Shown piece after piece: positions 1 to 8,297 of a DNA stretch of 42,458 nt. The position numbers and the translations under genes are program-made. Positions within the stretch are counted from its first letter, which is position 1. Each line of letters starts with the position of its first letter. The notes under the pieces are model-generated. The model was not told the DNA's origin. It was given only the letters and a program-made list of their open reading frames with translations, and made no database searches. The DNA is from an uncultured Gammaproteobacteria bacterium (GTDB lineage: Bacteria; Patescibacteriota; Patescibacteriia; UBA2591; UBA6264): the NCBI GenBank assembly GCA_964580825.1, contig CAZOLB010000002.1, forward strand, positions 2,145 through 44,602. Direction: 5' to 3'.

Positions 1-1158
1 GCCTTTAATCAAAATAATTTCGGCCAGGCTTTCGGCCAAGCCACAGCCGGCCTGCAACAAATCGCTTCCTTAAAAAGAATGATTAAAGAAAGGGAACTTC
101 AGCAAAATGTAGCGCAGGATCGGGTTCAACAAATGGAACAAAAAATGGAAAATCTGGTTAATGATTTTCTGAGAACTAAAACCGAAAGCGGGCGAGGAAC
201 GGAGATAATGGAAAAAATTTCCGATGAAATCAAACAGGGAACACTGGAAAAAGAATGGTTGGAATATCAAAAAGGCGTTGAACCGCCCGCTAACGCAGAA
301 AAAACCACAGAACTGCCTTTGGATAAAATGAATCTCTCCGAGAAAGAAAAAGAACAAATAAAAGACGCAATTAAAATTTTACCCCAACAAATAAAAGAAA
401 AACTGAACGACATTCCGGAAGAAATGCTCATTGACACGACAAAAAAATTAAAAGAAAAAATAATTTCGCCAATAATTACCGAAGAGAAAAAAACCAAAAT
501 CGCCAACCCCGCTTCGGAATACTGCATTAAAATGGGCGGTAAATTAGAAATCAAAACCGATAAAAACGGTGGCCAATTCGGAATTTGTCACTTACCTAAC
601 GGCACGAACTGCGAAGAGTGGGCTTTATTCAAAGGCGAATGTGGTAAAAACAGCGACAAAAAAAAACCGAATAACGGCCCTGCCTGCCCCGAAGCGTCAA
701 AACCGGACTGCGAAAAGGGCGTCTTGGTCGCCGTAGAAAAAGATAAAAACGGCTGCCCCTTGAAATATGAATGTATGGGTTTGGGAGAAAAACCATTGCC
801 AGAAAAACCAATCCCCTCAACTACTCCCTCGCAACCAGCGATTCCGTCTCAACCGCGGATAATCGAACCGACTAAACCCATCCCTTCTTCTTTGCCTGCC
901 AGAGAAAGAGAAACAAACGCTTGTATTCAGGTCATTACTCCGGCGATGAAAGACGGCATATGCAAAGAATTCCCCACCCCCTGCGACGTGCCGAACGGCT
1001 GGTCAAAAGTGGATAAATGCCCGAATTCCGCAGATCCGAGAATTCAAAGAGAAATACCAACCACAAATTCGCAACTAAATCAAATAAAAGAAACGATTCC
1101 CGTCCAAGAAGAAGTTAAAACGCAAAAATCAGTTGATAGAGTAGCGCCCCAAAGATAA
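1..1158 (+). CDS. DUF333-domain, Cys/Pro-rich putative surface protein (5'-partial)
   Basis: Frame is open from base 1 (AFNQNNFGQAFGQ...). Contains the DUF333-like motif IANPASEYCIKMGGKLEI...GICHLPNGTNCEEWALFKGEC, further Cys modules (CPEASKPDC..GCPLKYEC; CIQVITPA...CKEFPTPCDVP.GW) and Pro-rich linkers. Confidence 0.7.
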   Translation, partial: AFNQNNFGQAFGQATAGLQQIASLKRMIKERELQQNVAQDRVQQMEQKMENLVNDFLRTKTESGRGTEIMEKISDEIKQGTLEKEWLEYQKGVEPPANAEKTTELPLDKMNLSEKEKEQIKDAIKILPQQIKEKLNDIPEEMLIDTTKKLKEKIISPIITEEKKTKIANPASEYCIKMGGKLEIKTDKNGGQFGICHLPNGTNCEEWALFKGECGKNSDKKKPNNGPACPEASKPDCEKGVLVAVEKDKNGCPLKYECMGLGEKPLPEKPIPSTTPSQPAIPSQPRIIEPTKPIPSSLPARERETNACIQVITPAMKDGICKEFPTPCDVPNGWSKVDKCPNSADPRIQREIPTTNSQLNQIKETIPVQEEVKTQKSVDRVAPQR

Positions 1159-1170
1159 TAAAAATAATTA

Positions 1171-1207
1171 AAAACAAAGGGGTCGGATTTTTCGGCCCTT
1201 TTGTTTT
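1171..1207 (+). terminator. Intrinsic terminator hairpin
   Basis: AAAACAAAGGGGTCGGA-TTT-TTCGGCCCTTTTGTTTT directly after the stop at 1158. Confidence 0.75.
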
Positions 1208-1253
1208 ACTAAAACTCGGTCTTTTGCTAAAATAAACTCACTATTCAATTAAT

Positions 1254-2645
1254 ATGCCTATAAGAATTCCTGACAGAACAAAATATCACCTTATCACTTT
1301 CGGCTGTCAAATGAACAAATCGGACAGCGAACGAATTGCCGGGGTATTGGAAAAAATCGGCTACCGAGCAACGAACAAATTGTCGCTAGTCGATTTAATC
1401 GTCATTAATATGTGTTCGGTGCGCCAATCAGCCGTGGATCGCGTTTTTAGCAAAATCGGAGATCTTGCTAAATTAAAAATTAAAAATGCAAAATGCAAAA
1501 TTATTTTAACGGGTTGTATTTTAAAAAAGGACTACCATAAGCTCAAAAATAAGGTTGATTTGATTTTTAACATTCGGGACTTACCCAAACTTCCGTCTTT
1601 ATTAAAACTCGCCAAGTCAAAAAATGAATTTGCCAATTATCTCTCCCTTTCTCCTTTACACGCCTCTATCTCTTCCGCTTACGTGCCGATTATGACCGGC
1701 TGCAATAATTTCTGTGCCTACTGCGTCGTCCCCTACACCCGAGGCCGGGAAATAAGCCGACCCGCCGAAGAAATTATTAATGAAATCAAATATTTGGTTA
1801 AAAAAGGATATAAAGAAATTATTTTGCTGGGACAAAACGTCAATTCATACAAGGGAACAATTAAAAATCAAAAATCCCCGCCTACCCAAACAGAAAAAAT
1901 CAAAAATAAAAAATCGAAAAATTTAAAAATAGAAAAATCAATCGATTTTGCGGATCTTCTCCGGTTAATTGATAACCTCCCCGGCGATTTTCGGCTGACC
2001 TTTATCACTTCTCACCCCAAAGACCTGTCCGATAAACTGATTAAAACGATGTCCTCAGGCAAAAAAATAATGCCCTATCTCCATCTGCCGGTTCAATCAG
2101 GCGATAATGAAATCCTTAAAAAAATGAATCGCGGTTACACGGTGGAAAATTACAAAAAAATAATCCGCCGAATCCGCAAAAAAATTCCGGGGCTCAGTCT
2201 CTCGACCGATGTCATTGTCGGTTTTCCCGGCGAAACGAAAAAACAATTCGAGAATACGGCCAAATTAATGAAACAAATCGAGTTCGACATGGTTTACATC
2301 GCCCGTTATTCCCCCCGGCTCGGAACCGCCGCCGCCAATTTCGCCGACAATGTTTCTCAAAAAGAAAAAAAATCAAGAGAAAAAATTTTGACCGAGATCC
2401 TGGTCAAAACCGCCTCGAAAAAAAATAGAAAATATCTTAAAAAAACCGTCGAGGTTTTGATTGAAAAAAATCCGCGTGAAAACAAATCCAGCGCGGGACG
2501 AACAAAAAATGAATTCTGCTTGGGAAAAACCAAAACATTCAAAACCGTCAGGATAAAATCTTCTTCCTTGTCTCTTAATCAAATTACCAAAGTCAAAATC
2601 GTCAAAATCGGCCCCTGGGGACTCGAGGGAATTATTTCCCGTTAA
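1254..2645 (+). CDS. miaB: tRNA-2-methylthio-N6-dimethylallyladenosine synthase MiaB
   Basis: N-terminal TFGCQMNKSDSE, NMCSVRQSA, radical SAM CNNFCAYC, LLGQNVNSY, HLPVQSG, C-terminal TRAM-like domain; lies near miaA. Confidence 0.92.
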   Translation: MPIRIPDRTKYHLITFGCQMNKSDSERIAGVLEKIGYRATNKLSLVDLIVINMCSVRQSAVDRVFSKIGDLAKLKIKNAKCKIILTGCILKKDYHKLKNKVDLIFNIRDLPKLPSLLKLAKSKNEFANYLSLSPLHASISSAYVPIMTGCNNFCAYCVVPYTRGREISRPAEEIINEIKYLVKKGYKEIILLGQNVNSYKGTIKNQKSPPTQTEKIKNKKSKNLKIEKSIDFADLLRLIDNLPGDFRLTFITSHPKDLSDKLIKTMSSGKKIMPYLHLPVQSGDNEILKKMNRGYTVENYKKIIRRIRKKIPGLSLSTDVIVGFPGETKKQFENTAKLMKQIEFDMVYIARYSPRLGTAAANFADNVSQKEKKSREKILTEILVKTASKKNRKYLKKTVEVLIEKNPRENKSSAGRTKNEFCLGKTKTFKTVRIKSSSLSLNQITKVKIVKIGPWGLEGIISR

Positions 2646-2658
2646 TTTAAAATTTTAT

Positions 2659-3378
2659 TTATCGCGAAGATATCCGCCTTATTTTTTTAAAAATAATAAG
2701 ATAAACTCCGACGAGAATAAGGACGATGGGGATAACATTCCACCACCAGCCGAATCCAATAACGGTGTTATAAAACCCATGAAGTAAAATAGCCAAAAAC
2801 AGACCCCAAAACGCCGTTAAAGACCGGCGGCGGCCTATTTTTACTAAACTTAAATAATAGCCGATAATTCCGCCCGAAAGAAAATGAAGGAAAGTGGTGG
2901 TAACCCCCCTGATTAAAATGATCTCGGAACCCCGAATCAAACTACCACTAATCAGGCCGTAAAAAAAATTTTCCACAAAAGCCAAACCGAGCGCTAAAAC
3001 CATGCCATAAATAAAACCATCCCGCAATTCGTCGAAATAAGGAGATTTATAAATTCGCCAGCGCAGAATGAAATACTTAGCCGATTCTTCAATTAAACCA
3101 TCAACTAAAAATGCTGTTATCAAAATAGAGGCGAAAGAGGCCAATTTCAATTTATTTTCGACTAAATCGGTCAAATACCCGGCGATAAAAACAATCGGCA
3201 GGGTCAATATCGCGCCTAAAATAAATGTTTTAAAAATCTGCCTCCCCGGCTCCGGCGCCGAACGGTCGAATCGCAAACAAATCAAAAGCCAAACCAAAGT
3301 CGGCCCGACAGATAATAACAGAAACAATAGCGCTTTTTGGGCTGTCAACCCGGAGAATAAGTAAATAATTGAATCCAT
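2659..3378 (-). CDS. prsW: PrsW family intramembrane metalloprotease
   Basis: Multi-TM protein with PEP, EESAK, GLAFVEN, H-x motifs (FLHF, LLHGFYN). Confidence 0.85.
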   Translation of the reverse strand: MDSIIYLFSGLTAQKALLFLLLSVGPTLVWLLICLRFDRSAPEPGRQIFKTFILGAILTLPIVFIAGYLTDLVENKLKLASFASILITAFLVDGLIEESAKYFILRWRIYKSPYFDELRDGFIYGMVLALGLAFVENFFYGLISGSLIRGSEIILIRGVTTTFLHFLSGGIIGYYLSLVKIGRRRSLTAFWGLFLAILLHGFYNTVIGFGWWWNVIPIVLILVGVYLIIFKKIRRISSR

Positions 3379-3380
3379 AA

Positions 3381-3412
3381 TGTTATAATATTATAGTCAT
3401 AATATTATAACA
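3381..3412. promoter_or_regulatory. Perfect 14-bp inverted repeat in the divergent prsW/miaA promoter region
   Basis: TGTTATAATATTAT-AGTC-ATAATATTATAACA; contains TATAAT on both strands. Confidence 0.6.
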
Positions 3413-3422
3413 CCTTAATAAA

Positions 3423-4412
3423 ATGCGAAAACCTTTTCCTAGTCTAATTGTCATCTTGGGTCCGACGGCTTCGGGAAAAACCGAATTGGCTTTGAAATTG
3501 GCGAAAAAATACAATGGAGAAATCATTTGCGCCGACAGCCGAACCGTCTATCGGGAAATGAATATCGGCACGGCCAAACCAGGGCAAAATGAGAAATTAA
3601 AAATGAAAAATGAAAAATGTAGTGCAAAAAGAAATAGTTACCAAAAACCGATTTTTATCAACCATATCCCCCATTATCTAATTGATGTCGTCAAGCCCGA
3701 TCAAAAATTCAGCGTAGCCGAATTTAAACAAAAAACTCTTAAAATTATCAAAGGCGTTCATCAAAAAAACAAAATACCTTTCCTAGTCGGCGGAACCGGC
3801 TTATATATCAGCGCCGTGGTTGACAATTTAGACATTCCCAAAGTGCCGCCGGACAAAAAACTAAGGGAAAAATTGGAAAATAACATCAAAAAATACGGCT
3901 TGAATTACCTTTGGGGAAAACTGATAAAATTGGACTCCGAGGCCGCCAATTTCGTCCAAAAGCAAAACCCCCGACGAATAATCCGCGCCCTAGAGGTCTG
4001 TTTAAAAACAAAAAAAACTTTTTCCGAATTGAGGAAAAAGGGCGAACAATTACTTAATGTCCTGCAAATCGGGATTAAAATACCTTTTGAAAAACTGGAG
4101 TGGAAAATCGGCCAAAGGACTGACCAAATGATAGAAAACGGCTTAATTGAAGAAACCGAGAACCTGATTAAAAAATATTCTTCTTCCCCTCTTTTGAACA
4201 CTATCGGCTATCAAGAAATTGTTTCTTATCTACAAAACAAAATCTCCCTGGATCAAGCAATCAGCTTAATTAAAAAAAATACGCGCCGTTACGCCCGGCG
4301 CCAAATGACTTGGTTTAAACGAGATAAACGAATACATTGGATAAAAAATCAAAAAGAAGCGGAAAGACTCCTTAAAAACTTTTTGCGTGTCAAGACTTTA
4401 AATCACCAATAA
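3423..4412 (+). CDS. miaA: tRNA dimethylallyltransferase MiaA
   Basis: GPTASGKT, ADSRTVYREMNIGTAKP, VGGTGLY, RRIIRALEV, TRRYARRQMTWF. Confidence 0.96.
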   Translation: MRKPFPSLIVILGPTASGKTELALKLAKKYNGEIICADSRTVYREMNIGTAKPGQNEKLKMKNEKCSAKRNSYQKPIFINHIPHYLIDVVKPDQKFSVAEFKQKTLKIIKGVHQKNKIPFLVGGTGLYISAVVDNLDIPKVPPDKKLREKLENNIKKYGLNYLWGKLIKLDSEAANFVQKQNPRRIIRALEVCLKTKKTFSELRKKGEQLLNVLQIGIKIPFEKLEWKIGQRTDQMIENGLIEETENLIKKYSSSPLLNTIGYQEIVSYLQNKISLDQAISLIKKNTRRYARRQMTWFKRDKRIHWIKNQKEAERLLKNFLRVKTLNHQ

Positions 4413-4416
4413 CAAA

Positions 4417-5907
4417 TTACAAATTTTTAAGTTTCCTTTTCAACATTTCTTGTATCAATTTTGGCTCGGTTCGACCCCGGGCCTTTTTCATTGCCTGACC
4501 GATCAGATATTGAATAACCACTTCTTTCCCCTCTTTATATTTCTCGACTATCTCCGGATTATTTTCAATAACCTCCTCAATTATCGCCTCTAATCCTTTG
4601 GCAGTTTCGGCCGCTTTAAATTTGAACTTCGAAATAACTTCGTCGACCGTTTCCCTATTTTCAAACATCGCTTTCAATATCTCTTGGGCCGCCGCATTGG
4701 GAATTTTTTGCTCAAAAATCGCGTTTAAAAAATCAAAAAAAATTTCCGGCGGAATTCGGAATTCCTTTTCCGACGAACTTTTTTGTAAAACCATCAGTCC
4801 GTTTATGAACCACTTAACCAATAATTTGCCGATTTTTCTTTTATTATCGCGCGATTCCGCTTCGGAATCGTCTCCCGAAACAGGGAATTCTTTTTCCAAT
4901 AAGGAAATAACGCTTTGGCCGTACGCCCCGGTTATCGCGTCTCTCGTCAAAATTTTCGCCTGATTTGGATCAAGCCCGTATTCTTTTTTATAACGCTCTC
5001 TTTCGTAAAACGGCAATTTCGGCAATCCCGCTTTAAGAACGTCCAAATCAATACCCTGTCGCTTAAAATAACCGCGATTGAGCGGCGGCAAGTCGGGTTC
5101 CGGAAAATAACGATAATCCTGTTCCCCTTCTTTAGTCCTTTGTTCGACAGTTATTCCTTCTTTTTCGTTCCAGCCACGAGTGGATTGAATTTTAGGCGGC
5201 CGCCCTTGATCCCACAATCTTTCCTGTCTTTTTATTTCGTGAGACAAGGATTCTTCCACCGCTTTAAAAGAATTGAGGTTTTTAATCTCCGTTTTGGGAT
5301 AATATCCTTTTTCTTCCGGCGGACGGAGAGAAATATTGGCATCGCATCTCATTTGTCCTTTTTCCATCTCGGCGTCAGAAACATCCAAACGTCTGACGAT
5401 TCTTTGTAACTCCTCCAAAAAAATCTTTGCCTGGCCAGGCGTTTTTATCTCCGGTTTGGTTACTATTTCCAAAAGAGGCACGCCAGCGCGATTAAAATCA
5501 AGTAAAACCGAACTTTCAAAATGAAAAATTTTGGCGGTGTCCTCTTCCAAATGAATTCTTTCAAAATAAACAACGCCATTTTCCGTCTCCACTTCTCCGC
5601 CGACAATCAAAGGCGCTTGATACTGGCTAATTTGATAACCCTTGGGCAAGTCGGGGTAAAAATAATTTTTTCGGTCGAAATGACAATTCTCATTTATTTT
5701 GCCATTTAAAGCCAATCCTAATTTAAGGGCTTTTACGACCGCTTCTTGGTTAATGGTCGGCAAAACGCCGGGGTGACCCAAACAAATCGGACAAACGTTG
5801 ATATTCGGTTTCTCCGCTTCTTGATTCGGGCAATCGCAAAAAAACTTGCTTTTTGTTTTAAGCTCTAAATGTATTTCCAAGCCGATAACGGGTTCGAAAT
5901 TGGACAT
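4417..5907 (-). CDS. gatB: Asp-tRNA(Asn)/Glu-tRNA(Gln) amidotransferase subunit B
   Basis: VIGLEIH, DRKNYFYPDLPKGYQISQ, RIHLEED, NRAGVPLLEIVT, RCDANIS, YRYFPEPDLPP. Confidence 0.97.
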   Translation of the reverse strand: MSNFEPVIGLEIHLELKTKSKFFCDCPNQEAEKPNINVCPICLGHPGVLPTINQEAVVKALKLGLALNGKINENCHFDRKNYFYPDLPKGYQISQYQAPLIVGGEVETENGVVYFERIHLEEDTAKIFHFESSVLLDFNRAGVPLLEIVTKPEIKTPGQAKIFLEELQRIVRRLDVSDAEMEKGQMRCDANISLRPPEEKGYYPKTEIKNLNSFKAVEESLSHEIKRQERLWDQGRPPKIQSTRGWNEKEGITVEQRTKEGEQDYRYFPEPDLPPLNRGYFKRQGIDLDVLKAGLPKLPFYERERYKKEYGLDPNQAKILTRDAITGAYGQSVISLLEKEFPVSGDDSEAESRDNKRKIGKLLVKWFINGLMVLQKSSSEKEFRIPPEIFFDFLNAIFEQKIPNAAAQEILKAMFENRETVDEVISKFKFKAAETAKGLEAIIEEVIENNPEIVEKYKEGKEVVIQYLIGQAMKKARGRTEPKLIQEMLKRKLKNL

Positions 5908-5936
5908 AATAAAAAAACAATAATCGCCGTTAAACG

Positions 5937-7316
5937 TTAGAAAGCGTCTCTGGCGGAAAAAACAACGGGAATGGTTTTGAACATTATTTGCAAATCAAAC
6001 ATTAACGACCAATTTTCGACGTAATAAACATCGAGATTAAACTCTTCTTCAAACGACAATTTTGACCGGCCGGAGATTTGAGCCAAGCCGGTCATCCCCG
6101 GCTTAATAGTCAAAAGCTGCTTATAGCGTTTTTGATATTGAGCGACTTCTTCCGGCTCGTGAGGCCGCGGCCCGACCAAACTCATCTCGCCTTTCAAAAC
6201 ATTTATTACTTGAGGAAGTTCGTCAAGGCTGGTTCGACGCAAAATTCTGCCAAAACGAGTAATTCTCGGATCGTTTTTCATTTTAAAAAGCGGGCCGTCT
6301 TTCCTTTCATTATACTTGAACAGATCCTTTTTCATTCGGCTCGCTCCTTTGACCATTGAACGAAATTTATAAATTCCGATCTTTCTCCCTCTTTCTCCTA
6401 CCCGCGGCAACTTTACAAAAACCGGCCCCGGGGAATCCATTTTAATAATTACAGCCACTAGGGCAAAAAGAGGAGAAAAAAATATCAAAATAAAAAACCC
6501 GCCAATCAAATCGGCAATTCGTTTAACCACGCGTCCCCAGCCATTAAGGGCCGTCTTTTGAATAACAATTATCGGAACGCCGGCCAAGGTCTCGGTTCTA
6601 ACATTGCTGGACAGGGCGTCGAAAATATCAGCCGCATATTTAAAGATAATCTGATGCTCATTGCAAAATTCCACCAGCCTTAAGATATGCTCTCGTTCAA
6701 GATGTGGCTCAACTTGAATAATTTGACTAACATCATAGGCCTTTGGCGACCAATTTTCCAATAACTCCTCAATGGTTCGCGGATTGCCTAAAACCTTATA
6801 TCCCGACCCTCGGTTATTTTCAAGATAAACAGAAATTTTTCTGGCCAATTCCGACGAGCCAAAAATCAGTATCGGTTCCAACCCCCAGCCCCGCCGATAG
6901 CAAGCCAACTGAAAAAAATGGGTTAAAATACGTCCCAAATTGACAAAAATAATAGTCATCAGCCAGCCGGCTAAAACGATAAAACGCGAAGAAAAATACT
7001 CCCCTCGAAAAAATACAAAAAGAACAATCAACATCGTGCCGACCGAACAAGCCAAAAAAATTTGGGAAAATTCTCTGGAAAAATGCCTTTTTCTATTCAA
7101 ACTATAAAGTCCGGCTAAAGCAAAAATACCCAGCCAAGCCAAAAAGATTATTAACAAGGAAACGAAATATCTGCCGAAATGTATTTCATAAATTACCGGC
7201 CGCAAGGAAACCAAAGCATTAAAACGCAAATAATAAACAAAAATTCCGGCTAAAAGTAGCATCGCATAGTCAAGGGGGATTAAAAATGCGGAAATTGTCA
7301 AATCAAACTTCTTCAT
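5937..7316 (-). CDS. Polyprenyl glycosylphosphotransferase (WcaJ/WbaP-like sugar transferase)
   Basis: N-terminal TMs plus Bac_transf domain (KFRSM, DPRITRFG, LDELPQ..NVLKGEMSLVGPRP, PGMTGLAQ). ATG at 7316 preferred because a TAAAAT box lies 7 nt upstream. Confidence 0.9.
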   Translation of the reverse strand: MKKFDLTISAFLIPLDYAMLLLAGIFVYYLRFNALVSLRPVIYEIHFGRYFVSLLIIFLAWLGIFALAGLYSLNRKRHFSREFSQIFLACSVGTMLIVLFVFFRGEYFSSRFIVLAGWLMTIIFVNLGRILTHFFQLACYRRGWGLEPILIFGSSELARKISVYLENNRGSGYKVLGNPRTIEELLENWSPKAYDVSQIIQVEPHLEREHILRLVEFCNEHQIIFKYAADIFDALSSNVRTETLAGVPIIVIQKTALNGWGRVVKRIADLIGGFFILIFFSPLFALVAVIIKMDSPGPVFVKLPRVGERGRKIGIYKFRSMVKGASRMKKDLFKYNERKDGPLFKMKNDPRITRFGRILRRTSLDELPQVINVLKGEMSLVGPRPHEPEEVAQYQKRYKQLLTIKPGMTGLAQISGRSKLSFEEEFNLDVYYVENWSLMFDLQIMFKTIPVVFSARDAF

Positions 7317-7341
7317 AGTGTTTATTTTAGCAAAAAAAAAC

Positions 7342-7369
7342 TTGACAATCAAGGAAAATCGGATATAAT
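7342..7369 (+). promoter_or_regulatory. Sigma70 promoter of rnpB
   Basis: TTGACA(7342-7347)-16 bp-TATAAT(7364-7369), 7 nt before the P1 helix. Confidence 0.85.
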
Positions 7370-7376
7370 GAAAAAT

Positions 7377-7870
7377 GGCTTAAGTGGGCTAGCGACCGCG
7401 CTTATCCGCTTTGCGGGTAAGTGAGGAAAGTCCGAACACTCCCCCGCCCCTTCTTAAATACGGAAATCAGCCGGAGTTGAAAAAATTTTACTCTATCCAA
7501 ATAAAAAAATATTTACGGTCTGTATTTAAGAAGGAGCGGGGAGGCGGGTAGCGGGTAACGCCCGTCGCCGATTTTGTCCGCAAGACAAAATCGGCAGAGG
7601 TGCGAACAGAAACGCTGGAGGAGAAATCCAAAAGAAACCTGTATCCTTGAAAAACTCGGATAAGTTCAGCAGGTTGACCTCGATTATAAAAGGATAGAAA
7701 AATCGAGATGAAACGGCTAAATCCTTACCTGGGTGAAAGGCCAAAAAAAATCCCTGAATTGAAAAATTCAAGGAAGGTAGGCCGCTTGAGGCCAGCCGCA
7801 AGACTGGTCCTAGATAAATGGTCGCCCCTTTTTAAGGGAAACAGAATTCGGCTTATGACCCACTTAAGCC
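7377..7870 (+). ncRNA. rnpB: RNase P RNA
   Basis: P1 GGCTTAAGTGGG/CCCACTTAAGCC. Conserved GAGGAAAGTCCG, ACAGAAA, TGAAACGG, AGATAAATGGTCGC, ACAGAATTCGGCTTA. Confidence 0.95.
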
Positions 7871-7878
7871 TATTTTTA

Positions 7879-8280
7879 TTATTCTTGATTTTCGTCGATT
7901 GCCCGATTAACCAATTTGTCGGCTCGTTTGTTCTTATCCCGACCAAGATGATAAAAATTAACCCTTTTAAACGACTGAGACAAATTCCAAACTTTAATAA
8001 ATAAAGACCCTAAACCGGGGTTTTTAATTTTATATCTGCGGCTCAACTGCTCGACCGTCAACTTGCTGTCCAAATAAAAATCTATCTCCGTCGCCTGAAA
8101 CGCCTTGGCTTTTTCCAGGCCCAGAATCACCCCTTCGTATTCCGCCTGATTATTGGTGGTTTTGCCCAAAAATCGAGAAAATTCTTTTATTTTCTTATCG
8201 GGAAAAATCAAAACCGCGCCGCAACCGGCCGGCCCGGGATTACCCCGCGCTCCGCCATCGGTATAGATAATAAGCTTCAT
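7879..8280 (-). CDS. rnhA: Ribonuclease HI (archaeal/actinobacterial-like)
   Basis: YTDGGARGNPGPAG, TNNQAEY, DSKL, NKRADKLVN. Confidence 0.9.
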   Translation of the reverse strand: MKLIIYTDGGARGNPGPAGCGAVLIFPDKKIKEFSRFLGKTTNNQAEYEGVILGLEKAKAFQATEIDFYLDSKLTVEQLSRRYKIKNPGLGSLFIKVWNLSQSFKRVNFYHLGRDKNKRADKLVNRAIDENQE

Positions 8281-8297
8281 AAATAAAATAAAAATCT

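Noticed and set aside
7526-8004. ORFs 7526-7801, 7708-8004 and 7725-7946
   Set aside because: They overlap the RNase P RNA or rnhA and have no recognisable motifs.
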